Assembly: GCA_964016885.1 (NCBI GenBank) | Contig: OZ024762.1 | Location: 12,214,001 to 12,278,000 of the forward strand | Source: Eledone cirrhosa | Lineage: Eukaryota | Length of the DNA: 64,000 nt | Direction: 5' to 3' | Shown here: one piece after another, positions 12,400 through 25,030 of the stretch | Layout: each line of letters begins with the position of its first letter | Position numbering within the stretch: position 1 is the first letter of the stretch | Translations under genes and position numbers: made by a program | The notes under the pieces: model-generated | The model's input: the letters and a program-made list of their open reading frames with translations, nothing else | Databases searched by the model: none | Told to the model about the DNA's origin: nothing

Positions 12400-12650
12400 T
12401 ACCGAGTTGAATCAATGATGTTAAGAATTGCTAAACCCCTCAATTTCGTGGCTGTGTCCCCTAGTGTCCATCAGCGAAGTAAGATGCGCGCCGCTGAGTG
12501 TATTCCGCTAAACTTGGAGCCAAATTCCGACTTTTATAGCGACCCGGTTGCTGTGTTGGACTTTCAGTCTCTCTACCCTTCTATCATGATAGCTTACAAC
12601 TATTGTTTCTCAACATGTCTTGGACGTCTCGACAACCTGGCCACGGCTCA
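12400..12650 (+). CDS. REV3L: REV3L exon, polymerase motif A
   Basis: YRVESMMLRIAK...VLDFQSLYPSIMIAYNYCFSTCLGR (family B motif A, Pol zeta type); phase 0/2. Confidence 0.97.
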
Positions 12651-13388
12651 GTAAGTACTGTCATCAGCAGCAGCAACAGCAGCAGCACCAGCATCAACAT
12701 CATCATCATCATCATCATCACCACTACCACCACCACCATTATCATCATCATTATCATCATCACCACCACCACCATCATCATCATCAGCATCATCAGCACC
12801 ATACACTTGCAAGTATTGGGTGGGTCCTTTCCAGCATCCCTCCACTCATCGCATTACTTCATCTTCTTCTTTCTGAGCTTCAGCGCAATTTTAAACCTCT
12901 TCTGACAACTCTCAAGGTGGCCTAATTAGGAAAGTCGTTAGAACGTCAGGTAGAATACTTTATGGTATTCGTTACGGCTCTCTCTGAGTTCAAATCCTGC
13001 CGAGGTCAACTTTGCCTTTCATCCTTTTGAGGTAGATATATGAAGTACCAGTCTAATACTGGGGTCAATTCTTCCTCTATATCTCTTTCTTATTTCCTCT
13101 CTCTCACTTTCTATCTTTCTCTGGAAGAAATCTGCTGTACTACTCAGGCCTGGAGAAGGATGGGCTCCACTAGGCTTAAAATGTCCAAGAAACGCCTTAT
13201 GTCAATACAGTGCCTCTACAACTCTATCAGGAGTTACGGGACCATACCATACTTGACAACTCTCACCCAGGTCTTCCTTGGTCTCCCTCTACTGTAGTTT
13301 TCTTCCACTTGGATTTCTTGGCACTTTCTCTCTTCACCCAAGAGAGACTTAGTCAACTCTTCTACACACTATATCTGTTTTCTATTAA

Positions 13389-14676
13389 CCCTCTACCATT
13401 TACATTACCCTATATATACTATTGTATTTTCACAGTAAAGGCTTTACCTCACATAATATCTCACATAACATTTACATTACTCCATATATACTATTGTATT
13501 TTCACAGTAAAGGCTTTACCTCACATAATATCTCACATAACATTTACATTACTCTATATATACTATTGTATTTTCACAGTAAAGGCTTTACCTCACATAA
13601 TATCTCACATAACATTTACATTACTCCATATATACTATTGTATTTTCACAGTAAAGGCTTTACCTCACATAATATCTCACATAACATTTACATTACTCTA
13701 TATATACTATTGTATTTTCACAGTAAAGGCTTTACCTCACATAATATCTCACATAACATTTACATTACTCCATATATACTATTGTATTTTCACAGTAAAG
13801 GCTTTACCTCACATAATATCTCACATAACATTTACATTACTCTATATATACTATTGTATTTTCACAGTAAAGGCTTTACCTCACATAATATCTCACATAA
13901 CATTTACATTACTCCATATATACTATTGTATTTTCACAGTAAAGGCTTTACCTCACATAATATCTCACATAACATTTACATTACTCTATATATACTATTG
14001 TATTTTCACAGTAAAGGCTTTACCTCACATAATATCTCACATAACATTTACATTACTCTATATATACTATTGTATTTTCACAGTAAAGGCTTTACCTCAC
14101 ATAATATCTCACATAACATTTACATTACTCTATATATACTATTGTATTTTCACAGTAAAGGCTTTACCTCACATAATATTTCACATAACATTTATATTAC
14201 TCTATATATACTATTGTATTTTCACAGTAAAGGCTTTACCTCACATAATATCTCACATAACATTTACATTACTCTATATATACTATTGTATTTTCACAGT
14301 AAAGGCTTTACCTCACATAATATCTCACATAACATTTACATTACTCTATATATACTATTGTATTTTCACAGTAAAGGCTTTACCTCACATAACATTTACA
14401 TTACTCTATATATACTATTGTATTTTCACAGTAAAGGCTTTACCTCACATAATATCTCACATAACATTTACATTACTCTATATATCCTATTGTATTTTCA
14501 TGGTAAAGACATTATCTCACATAAATTCTCACATAATATCAAATCTATGAGATTTTGATATTATTCATTTTGAGGACAATACCTTAACATCATTATGAGT
14601 GGCCAGTTACAGCCTGTTTGAAGAGAAAGAAGTGAGAGAATTCTGGCCAGATCTGGCCGGTTTAAATGCTAAAGGG
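13389..14676 (+). mobile_element. piggyBac-like MITE family 1 with internal 72-bp tandem array (about 16 units)
   Basis: TTAA-CCC...GGG-TTAA; unit catttacattactctatatatactattgtattttcacagtaaaggctttacctcacataatatctcacataa. Confidence 0.9.
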
Positions 14677-14826
14677 TTAAACCCATTTTTTCTCTCAGCT
14701 CCTCCATGTTTTACAGTTCTCACACGTTAATGTTACACATTCATCGGAGCTCATTATTATCATTGTTTTCTAACTCCTATTTTTTCCTGAAAGACAATAT
14801 AACATATTTTTGCTCTGATCTTCCAG

Positions 14827-14884
14827 TGAAGGCCCCATTGAATTTGGTTGTACAAACTTAAACGTTTCTCCAGACTTAATTAAG
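14827..14884 (+). CDS. REV3L: REV3L exon
   Basis: EGPIEFGCTNLNVSPDLIK; phase 2/0. Confidence 0.88.
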
Positions 14885-15214
14885 GTTAGTTTTCCCTTTC
14901 CTTTTGAGTTTTATTTTTGTAATTTCTTCAAATGTTAAACGTCTCATCATAATCGTAATCTTTTTTACATTGACATTTCTATGTTGGCATGGGTTGGACA
15001 GAACTGTATGGGGCAATGTTTTACAGCTACATCCATTATCTGACACCAACCATTTTAGTCACTTCTTACGACAGACAGGAATACAGCGTATCTGTTTACT
15101 TTTGTATCTCTATGTTTGTCTTGTCATTTCTTGAACTATATATATATGTATATATAAGATCATTTTACGCCCGCTTTTCCCTGCTTGCAAGGGTGGGATA
15201 TGTATATATATATA

Positions 15215-15284
<70 letters not shown>

Positions 15285-15368
15285 CACATATCTATATATG
15301 TATGTATGTGAAAAGTAAACAGATGAACAATACTATTATTATTATTATTATTTATATATTTCGATCAG

Positions 15369-15448
15369 AAACTGGAAAATGATGTGACAGTCTCCCCCAA
15401 CGGTGTTGTGTTTGTTAAACAGAACATCCGTAAAGGAATAATATCAAG
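15369..15448 (+). CDS. REV3L: REV3L exon
   Basis: [27 protein letters not shown]; phase 0/2. Confidence 0.93.
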
Positions 15449-15713
15449 GTATATATAATATATTATGGTTGGTAGAGGGGTGTGTTTTATATTGTTATAT
15501 TAGTGGGGAGTGGGGGACAGGGCAGGGCCCATGAGGATTTTCAGGGCTTCCAAGACTGGTGAGAAGAGGAGGGACAGGGCCTCCAAGACTGATGTAAGAG
15601 AGGGAGTTATCCACAAACTAGAGACTTGACTTGAATGCTCTTATAACTGACTCGACTCTACTAAAGAGACCTGAGGCCAAGTGGGGGTTTGAGGTGAAAC
15701 CAGGCAGTGGATT

Positions 15714-16101
15714 AAGTCTACCACCCAAGTTTATCATCCAGGTAGACCACCCAAGTCTACCACCCAAGTCTACTACCCAAGTGGACCACCCAAGTCTACC
15801 ACCCAAGTGGACCACCCAAGTCTACCACCCAAGTCTACCACCCAAGTGGACCACCCAAGTCTACCACCCAAGTGGACCACCCAAGTCTACCACCCAAGTC
15901 TACTACCCAAGTCTACCACCCAAGTCTACCACCCAAGTGGACCACCCAAGTCTACTACCCAAGTCTACCACTCAAGTCTACCACCCAAGTCTACCACCCA
16001 AGTGGACCACCCAAGTCTACCACCCAAGTCTACCACCCAAGTGGTCCACCCAAGTCTACCACCCAAGTCTACCACCCAAGTCTACCACCCAAGTGGACCA
16101 C
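15714..16101. repeat. 13-bp minisatellite ccacccaagt(cta/gga)
   Basis: About 29 tandem units. Confidence 0.92.
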
Positions 16102-16676
16102 AGTGGGAAGAACAACAACAAATTCCAAAAGATATTTTCTACAATGTTCTAACAATATCACAAATCTTCTGCCCCGGGCTGGGACTTTCTTTTATTGACC
16201 CACCAAAAGTGACAAAAGGTTGAAGTTGACCTCGGCGGGATTTCAACTCGGAGCACAGAAAACCTAGATGAACACCACAAGGTAGTTTGTCCAATGTCCT
16301 AAATATTGATGGTAACAGCGTTGGACTTATGACCATCAAGTCGTGGGTTTGGTTCCGGGAATGGGTTTTGTGTTGTGTTGTTGAGCAAGACACTTCATTT
16401 CACATTGCTCCAGTATACTCAGCTGAAAATGAGTACCAGCAGCTATAGCTGGGGAGTTTAACCCTGCGATGGACTGGCGTCCAGTGGGGAGTCTTGTACT
16501 CTCAGTCACTTCACAACTTGGAAACAGAGACAAACACCGGTCTGGAGTCAGACTCTAGACTTTAGAACAGAAAAGTTGTCTTTTATAGAATAAAACATGA
16601 TCTTGATCTCTTTAATAGGAAAGAGTCGATTGTTATAGAATAAAACACCTTTTTATCTGTCTGTCTGTCTTTCTAG

Positions 16677-16743
16677 AATGGTGGAAGAAATTCTGAACAC
16701 TCGACTGATGGTCAAGAAATCCATGAAAGGTTGTGAGGACAAA
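16677..16743 (+). CDS. REV3L: REV3L exon
   Basis: MVEEILNTRLMVKKSMKGCEDK; phase 2/0. Confidence 0.93.
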
Positions 16744-17135
16744 GTAAGTTGAAGAATTTTCTAGATTCTTTGTCCATTTTTTTAATCAATAAACATAATG
16801 AAGGCTTTAAAAATCATCCTTGTATTATTATATTACACTTGTCTAGCTCTACACCTCTCCACTGATGTGAACCTAAACATTGAGTGCTCACCTGGGTGAA
16901 ACTACAGTAACCCAAAAGTTTGAGAATCTCTGCTATAATGGCACCAACACTAGAGAGGCTTTCGTGTCTTTGACACAACCGAAGAGTCTTCTCACCTCAT
17001 TGACAAGTTTTCTACAGCTAGATATCCTTCCTACCACCAACCGCTTTACAGAGTGTACTGGGTGCTTGTTTAATGTGTAGATCTCCAATACTAGAGAGGT
17101 TGTCATTCCTTTTTTTTTTTTTTGTTGATTCTCAG

Positions 17136-17243
17136 AATCTTTTGAAACTACTTCATGCACGACAACTGGGCCTGAAGCTAATTGCCAACTTTACCTATGG
17201 TTACACTGGGGCAAGTTTCTCTGGAAGAATGCCCTGTATTGAG
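17136..17243 (+). CDS. REV3L: REV3L exon, polymerase motif B
   Basis: ARQLGLKLIANFTYGYTGASFSGRMPCIE; phase 0/0. Confidence 0.96.
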
Positions 17244-17945
17244 GTAAGTACCATACTTTTCAGAATATCCAATCCAATATAGGACCTTCTCACTCCTGTT
17301 GGAGGACCCCCTCTCTGGTTGACCTCCACCACTTTCTGTTTGGTTTTGGTCATGTCTTCAAGGGTATGACTGTACTCACCCTGCATGGTCAATTGAGGGT
17401 TGGTCAGGCTAGTTAACCCATAGTTATGTTAGATGGCCGTACTCTAAGGAGTTCATCCAACGTTTTAACAGCTCATGTTTTTTGTGTTGCTGGGTTCCAC
17501 TTGCCCTCCTCACCAGACAAGGGTCTGGTGAGGGAGCTGGTTTAGTCACTGACCACTCGGCTATGAAGCAGGTTGTACTGGGTTACATGATACCAGTAAC
17601 AGACAGAAACCTGACCTGACCTGACCAAGGTCTGGTGGGGGACTGGTTTAGTTACTAACCACTCGGCCATCCCTTGCCCCACTATATTATTATCTGACCA
17701 TTCATCCCTCACCCGCCCTCAAGCACTCACTACATAGAACTCACCTTCCATCCCCCACCCTCAGCCTCAAGCTCCCACTATATATAACTGACCTTCCAAC
17801 CCCCAACCTTAACCTCAAGCTCCCACTATATATATATATATATATATATCTGAACTTCCATCCCTCCCACACTCAAGCCACCACCATATTATCTGACCAT
17901 TCATATCCCCCTTCAATATATATCTGACCATTCCATTTACTACAG

Positions 17946-18055
17946 GTGGCAGACAGTATTGTACGAAAGGCTCGTGAGACCCTGGAAGCTGCAATAAAGT
18001 TGATTGAAGACACGCCTAGTTGGGGGGCAAAGGTGATATATGGAGATACAGACAG
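17946..18055 (+). CDS. REV3L: REV3L exon, catalytic motif C
   Basis: VADSIVRKARETLE...WGAKVIYGDTDS; phase 0/2. Confidence 0.97.
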
Positions 18056-18188
18056 GTAAATAAAATTACTAAACTGGGTTTAACCCTTTCATTACCATAT
18101 TTCTAATGAAAGACACTGTCTATGTCATTAGCTCTTTAGTTGCCCATGTCTGGTTTAGCAATAAAGGACTATGTTTCTTTGTTTTCAG

Positions 18189-18303
18189 TATTTTTATTCA
18201 GTTGAAGGGTTACAGTAGAGAAAGTGCTATCATACTGGGGCAACACATAGCACAGGTTGTAACAGACAGCAATCCTAAACCTGTTAAACTGAAATTTGAA
18301 AAG
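18189..18303 (+). CDS. REV3L: REV3L exon
   Basis: IFIQLKG...NPKPVKLKFEK; phase 2/0. Confidence 0.95.
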
Positions 18304-18466
18304 GTAAGTCATTTTACTGTTTAAGTCCTGTACTGCACCAAACCACATTAAAGTCTTTACACTAATACTGCCAATTTTTAACAACAATCTGTTCACTAGT
18401 AACAGATAAACCATATATTCTATAAACCATGTATTCTAATTATCTAACTGTCTGTCTGTTTGTCAG

Positions 18467-18604
18467 GTATATCTACCTTGTGTACTTCAAACTAAGAAGA
18501 GATATTCAGGTTTTATGTATGAAACTGTTAACCAGAAGGAACCTGTGTTTGATGCCAAAGGAATAGAGACGGTGAGAAGAGACGGATGTTTTGCTACTGC
18601 AAAG
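18467..18604 (+). CDS. REV3L: REV3L exon
   Basis: VYLPCVLQTKKRYSGFMYE...FDAKGIETVRRDGC; phase 0/0. Confidence 0.96.
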
Positions 18605-18871
18605 GTAACAGAAACTCTTCTCTCCCCTCCCCTCTGATTCTAAACTTCTCTGCAAACATTTCATCATAGCATTCTCAATGTCATAAATAAAGCTCTTATG
18701 GTCCCTCATAATTCTATCATAAATACTTATGACTTCTCATACTTCTATCATAAACCCTTATGACCTCTCATAATTCTATCATAAATACTTATAACTTCTC
18801 ATAATGTATTAAGGAAAAATTACTCTATCAGTGAACTTTCAGAATTACTTCCCTTGACATTGCATTATGAA

Positions 18872-19247
18872 GGCACATGGCTTAGTGGTTAGAGCATTGG
18901 GCCTGCAATCGAAAGGTTGTGAGTTCAATCTCAGACCGGGGTGATGTGTTGTTTCCTTGAGCAAGACATTTTATTTCACATTGCTCCAGTTTACTCAGCT
19001 GTAGAAATGGGATGATAGGGACTGGGGTCCATATCATTCCACTGCAAAGTGGTCGTGGAGGTGCCACGGCAAAAAAGCACCCAGCACTCACTGTAAATGA
19101 GGTTGGTGTTAGGAAGGGCATCAAGCCAGAATCAGTTCCCATATGAGCAAGAGAAGGTCAGCTGACCGGACACTGCCCACAACAGGACAACCCGTCTAAC
19201 CCATGCTAGCGTGGAAGAACGGACGTAAAACGGTGATGATGATGATG
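18872..19247 (+). mobile_element. SINE family A with 13-bp TSD
   Basis: attgcattatgaa on both sides. Confidence 0.9.
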
Positions 19248-19564
19248 ATTGCATTATGAATTAAGGGGAAATGAACTCTTGGCGACTTAATGTGCCTGAA
19301 GCCTCCATAAAGTTAGTTTAAGATTAGCTGATATTGCTGGAGTTATCTCCCTTGTTTCTTGACATTTTAAAAAATTATTTGAGATTTTGTGTATACTTAG
19401 GAGTTACTGTCTTTTCATTGTGAAGATAATCCCCAGTTCATATGAAAAAGTCCACCGTATGTGAATATAACATGAAAAATAAACATAAAATGTGACTATG
19501 ATGACATTAATGATGATGATAATTTTCTATTTGAAACCAAGATGCTGTATTTTCGTGCTTTCAG

Positions 19565-19755
19565 ATTCTAGAACGTTCTCTCAAGATTCTGTTCAGTACC
19601 CGTGATGTATCCAGAGTCAAAGACTACGTACAAACTCAGTGTCGTAAAATGCTGGAAGGCAAAGTCAACCTTCAAGACTTTGTGTTTGCTAAAGAATATC
19701 GTGGTATGCACAGTTACCGACCGAGTGCCTGTGTTCCAGCCTTGGAAATTGCAAA
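19565..19755 (+). CDS. REV3L: REV3L exon
   Basis: ILERSLKILF...QDFVFAKEYRGMHSYRPSACVPALEI; phase 0/2. Confidence 0.95.
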
Positions 19756-19889
19756 GTAAGTTAGTCAATGAGTTTCTGTATAATTTTTTTTAATTTTCTA
19801 CATATACACGTACACTTTGTTAAGTTACATTCCAAACTTTTTATTGTCAAAGTTATTTGAAAATCATAAAAAGTGTCTTGTATCAGAAA

Positions 19890-20070
19890 TATAATTGTTT
19901 CTACATTTGGCACAAGGCCAGCAATTACCCAGTGCATTACTGGTACTTTATTTTATCGACCCCGTAAGGATGAAAGGCAAAGTTAACCTCAGCGGGATTT
20001 GAACTCAGAATGGCAAGGGCCGTAACTCTGTCAAAGCATGGCGTCCGACCCTCTTCCGATACTGCCAAAC
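19890..20070 (-). mobile_element. SINE family B
   Basis: Reverse complement of 8985-9204. Other minus copies at about 36675-36780, 42090-42230, 42735-42940, 52220-52815, 55572-55762. Confidence 0.8.
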
Positions 20071-20090
20071 GAAAGAATTAGGTGGCGACT

Positions 20091-20804
20091 TGGCAGAGTT
20101 GTTAGAACGTCAGATATAATGGCAGAGTTGTTAGAATGTCAGATAGAATGGAAGAGTAGTTAGAACGTCAGATAGAATGGCAGAGTTGTTAGAACGTCAG
20201 ATAGAATGGTAGAGTTGTTAGAACGTCAGATAGAATGGCAGAGTTGTTAGAACGTCAGATAGAATGGCAGAGTTGTTAGAACGTCAGATAGAATGGCAGT
20301 GTTGTTAGAACGTCAGATAGAATGGCAGAGTTGTTAGAACGTCAGATAGAATGGTAGAGTTGTTAGAACGTCAGATAGAATGGTAGAGTAGTTAGAATGT
20401 CAGATAGAATGGCAGAGTTGTTAGAACGTCAGATAGAATGGCAGAGTTGTTAGAACGTCAGATAGAATGGCAGAGTTGTTAGAACGTCAGATAGAATGGC
20501 AGAGTTGTTAGAACGTCAGATAGAATGGTAGAGTTGTTAGAACGTCAGATAGAATGGCAGTGTTGTTAGAACGTCAGATAGAATGGCAGAGTTGTTAGAA
20601 CGTCAGATAGAATGGCAGAGTTGTTAGAACGTCAGATAGAATGGCAGAGTTGTTAGAACGTCAGATAGAATGGTAGAGTAGTTAGAATGTCAGATAGAAT
20701 GGCAGAGTTGTTAGAACGTCAGATAGAATGCAGAGTTGTTAGAACATCAGATAGAATGGCAGTGTTGTTAGAATGGCAGAGTTGTTAGAATGTTAGATAG
20801 AATG
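20091..20804 (+). repeat. 29-bp tandem array derived from a SINE head
   Basis: tggcagagttgttagaacgtcagatagaa, about 24 units, followed by the SINE B box and core. Confidence 0.92.
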
Positions 20805-21396
20805 CCTTGTTGTATTTATTCCGACTCTCTGGTCTCTAAGTTCAAATCCCACCAAGGTCAACTTTGCCTTTTATCCTTTCAAGGTTGATGAAAAAGTACC
20901 AGTCAAGTACTGGGGTCAATTCTTCCTCTTTATATCTTTCTCACTCTCTATCCTTCTCTGGAGAAATCTGTTGTATTCAGACCTGGAGAGGAGATGGGCC
21001 CCGTAAAGTTTAAAATACCCAAGAAACACTGTATGTCAATATGGTGACCCCTACAACTCCCACAAGAGTTATGGGACTGTCCTATGTCACCTCACACATG
21101 TATATAATGGCTGGTGCTGGTCAGTGGTGAGGAAGAAAAAGAAAAACAGTTTGGAGAGATTTACTAATATAACAAACTTTCTCATTATTAATCTGGTATT
21201 TGGAGGATAACTTAACAAAGGATCTTATGTAAAATTATGATGGAAAGATTTTAGATAAATATTATCATTTTAAACATTTAAAAATAAACAGGTTTGTATC
21301 ATTGAACTAGGGGACACTTGATGTGGTTTTGGTATTTAAATGGTTATAATTTTATTTTTTATATTTTATATAAAAAAAAAATATAAAACCCCACAG

Positions 21397-21688
21397 GAAA
21401 TTGGTACAACAAGATCGGCGAGCAGAACCCCAGGCTAGAGAACGTGTCCCCTATGTAATTGTGTGCGGAGAACCTGGTTTACCCCTGATTCAACTAGTTC
21501 GTCAACCTTGGGAAGTCCTTAATGACAGCACACTACGCCTGAATGTCAACTACTACATCACCAAAGCTATTTTACCTCCATTACAACGAGTACTCTCCCT
21601 GCTGGGGGTCAATGTCTTCAACTGGTACTCAGATCTACCCAGGGTCATTCGATACACTCCACAGTCTCTACCCGACGATAAGAAAAAG
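21397..21688 (+). CDS. REV3L: REV3L exon
   Basis: DRRAEPQARERVPYVIVCGEPGLPLIQLVR...YYITKAILPPLQRV; phase 2/0. Confidence 0.95.
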
Positions 21689-22744
21689 GTATTCTTTTAT
21701 CTCTTAATATCCTCTAACGATTTACCTGGAAACACCTAAAAAGAAATGGGTTTGTTAATTCAAATATTTATAGTATCTTTACTACTGAACAGATTGTTGT
21801 GAAAATTTACAGTTTTTACAGTAAAGACTTAAATATTTAATGTGATACAGTAGCCATATAGAAAATAATAACTTTTCCTCCTTATAGTATATACTGTTTC
21901 CTAAATATTATATGCTTTATATAGATGCACAAAATACTGTGTTTCTCAAACGACATATAGCTCTTTCTCTCACTATATATATTTATATATCTTTCTATTT
22001 GTATTATTGATATATATATATATATATATAGCCCCACACTGTAAATGTGGTTGGTGTTAGGAAGGGCATCCAGCTGTAGAAAACCCGCCAGACAGTCCTA
22101 TGCGAGCAAGACAATCACTCTTGCCTCAAGTGGGAAAACCCCCGTCCAAACCCATGCAAGCATGGAACACGGACGTTAAACGTTGATGATGATGATGATG
22201 ATATATATATATATATTCAAATGTAGGATGCTTATGCTTTTCAAAAGTAGAATGAGATGGAGGGTTTGTGGTTTTACTCATATATACATTTGAAAACCGG
22301 GAAAGGAAACAAATATATATTCTTAAAAAGACTCTAGTTGCATTTTTGATTTCTTTTCCTTATATATATATATATATATGTTTCTTATATATAATGTTAA
22401 ACTAAGAATGAATAATCAAGGGGAAGTAGTTAATTAATCCATTGTTTTACAATCGTTTCAGAGAGCAAAGTTATCCATTGTTTCTGAGGATAGCCAGAAG
22501 AATTGATGTGCTTTTTCAAGGCTAATGGTATGGAGTTACATAACTGCCATCAATTGGTCTATACATTGATAATTTTGCTCTCTGAACGATCATAAAACAA
22601 ACTTAAAACAGCCTTATTCTTTCATTGTTTAACATTATGAATACCTGACTCTGTAGTTTTCAATACTCAATGACACATATACAAGGATATCATTAACACA
22701 TCTTAATGTAATATATATACATATATGTTTGTTTGTTGTATCAG

Positions 22745-22906
22745 GGAACCATATCACAGTATTTCAACTCTACCAATTGTCCTGTGTGCCACAGTTATAC
22801 TAACCAGAACTTATGTACCCAATGTGCCACCGACCCACAATTAGTGGCTCTCTCTCTCAGCTCTCAACTTCACAATTTACAACGGACACATCACCGTCTC
22901 TCTCAA
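22745..22906 (+). CDS. REV3L: REV3L exon, CysA zinc finger
   Basis: GTISQYF...CPVC...LCTQC; phase 0/0. Confidence 0.95.
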
Positions 22907-22972
22907 GTAGGTTCCATTTCTCTATTAACTTTAATTACCTGCATCTTTTAATTACCATCAATTAGCATTAGT

Positions 22973-24440
22973 CCTTTAGCATTTAAATCGGCCATATCCA
23001 GCCAGAATCTCTTACATTTTTCTGTTCAAACCGGTTGTAACTGGCCACTCATACTGATATTAAGGTATTCTTTTCAAAATAAATAATATCAAGATCTCAT
23101 AAATGCGATATTATGAGATAAATCCTTTACCATGAAAATACAATAGTATATATAGAGTAATGTAAATGTTATGTGAGATATGTGAGGTAAAGCCTTTACT
23201 GTGAAAATACAATAGTAGATATAGAGTAATGTAAATGTTATGTGAGATATTATGTGAAGTAAAGCCTTTACTGTGAAAATACAATAGTATATATAGAGTA
23301 ATGTAAATGTTATGTGAGATATTATGTGAGGTAAAGTCTTTACTGTGAAAATACAATAGTATATATAGAGTAATGTAAATGTTATGTGAGATATTATGTG
23401 AGGTAAAGTCTTTACTGTGAAAATACAATAGTATATATAGAGTAATGTAAATGTTATGTGAGATATTATGTGAGGTAAAGTCTTTACTGTGAAAATACAA
23501 TAGTATATATAGAGTAATGTAAATGTTATGTGAGATATAATGTGAGGTAAAGTCTTTACTGTGAAAATACAATAGTATATATAGAGTAATGTAAATGTTA
23601 TGTGAGATATTATGTGAGGTAAAGCTTTTACTGTGAAAATACAATAGTATATATAGAGTAATGTAAATGTTATGTGAGATATATGTGAAGTAAAGCCTTT
23701 ACTGTGAAAATACAATAGTATATATAGAGTAATGTAAATGTTATGTGAGATATTATGTGAGGTAAAGTCTTTACTGTGAAAATACAATAGTATATATAGA
23801 GTAATGTAAATGTTATGTGAGATATTATGTGAGGTAAAGCTTTTACTGTGAAAATACAATAGTATATATAGAGTAATGTAAATGTTATGTGAGATATTAT
23901 GTGAAGTAAAGCCTTTACTGTGAAAATACAATAGTATATATAGAGTAATGTAAATGTTATGTGAGATATTATGTGAGGTAAAGTCTTTACTGTGAAAATA
24001 CAATAGTATATATAGAGTAATGTAAATGTTATGTGAGATATTATGTGAGGTAAAGCCTTTACTGTGAAAATACAATAGTATATATAGAGTAATGTAAATG
24101 TTATGTGAGATATTATGTGAAGTAAAGCCTTTACTGTGAAAATACAATAGTATATATAGAGTAATGTAAATGTTATGTGAGATATTATGTGAGGTAAAGC
24201 CTTTACTGTGAAAATACAATAGTATATATAGAGTAATGTAAATGTTATGTGAGATATTATGTGAGGTAAAGCCTTTACTGTGAAAATACAATAGTATATA
24301 TAGGGTAATGTAAATGTTATGTGAGATATTATGTGAGGTAAAGCCTTTACTGTGAAAATACAATAGTATATATAGAGTAATGTAAATGTTATGTGAGATA
24401 TTATGTGAGGTAAAGTCTTTACTGTGAAAATACAATAGTA
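22973..24440 (-). mobile_element. MITE family 1 with 72-bp array (about 18 units), one TIR lost
   Basis: Reverse complement of the 13.4-14.7 kb element; the array runs directly into a SINE fragment. Confidence 0.88.
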
Positions 24441-24717
24441 TCCCACCAAGGTCAACTTTGCCTTTCAACCATTTGACGTCAATAAAAAAAGTACCAGTCA
24501 AGTACTGGGGGCGATTCTTCCTCTCTCTCTCTCTGGAAGAAATCTGCTGTCCTCAGACCTGGAGAGGGATGGGCTCCACCTGGCTTAAAATGTCCAAGAA
24601 AGACCGTATGTCAATACAGCTCCCTTACAACTCTACCAGGAGTTACGGGCCCACACACACACACATATACATGAATACATATATATATATATTTATATAT
24701 TTCTCTTTTACCTGCAG

Positions 24718-24858
24718 ATATGCCAGTCATGTCAAGGCATCTCAGATTCTACATTTTCCTGCGTATCCCTCGACTGCCCTGTCATGTATCGAATCCACAC
24801 CGCCCAGAATGACCTCCTCAAGTTGGACCACATACAAGAAATCCTAAAGAACATTTAG
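24718..24858 (+). CDS. REV3L: REV3L terminal coding exon, CysB (4Fe-4S) motif
   Basis: ICQSCQG...CVSLDCPVMY...KNI then TAG at 24856-24858. Confidence 0.95.
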   Translation: MCQSCQGISDSTFSCVSLDCPVMYRIHTAQNDLLKLDHIQEILKNI

Positions 24859-24999
24859 AACATTCTCTTTCATCTACACTGAGTTTTTCCCACCTCATTT
24901 CATCCGACACTCAGCTCTCTGAGTTCAAATCCCACTGAGGTCAACTTTGGCTTTCATCCATTAATAAAGTACCAGTCATGTACTGAGGGTTATTTCTTC

Positions 25000-25030
<31 letters not shown>

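Noticed and set aside
13210-14558. Long ORFs (446 and 378 aa), and similar ones at 23089-24501, 40781-41353, 15631-16223, 32325-33305 and 52217-52730
   Set aside because: They are translations of stop-poor tandem arrays or microsatellites in introns or intergenic DNA, with no homology or splice support.
20091-20804. CRISPR-like appearance of the 29-bp, 38-bp and 48-bp repeat arrays
   Set aside because: Units are head-to-tail with no unique spacers, there are no cas genes, and the context is eukaryotic.
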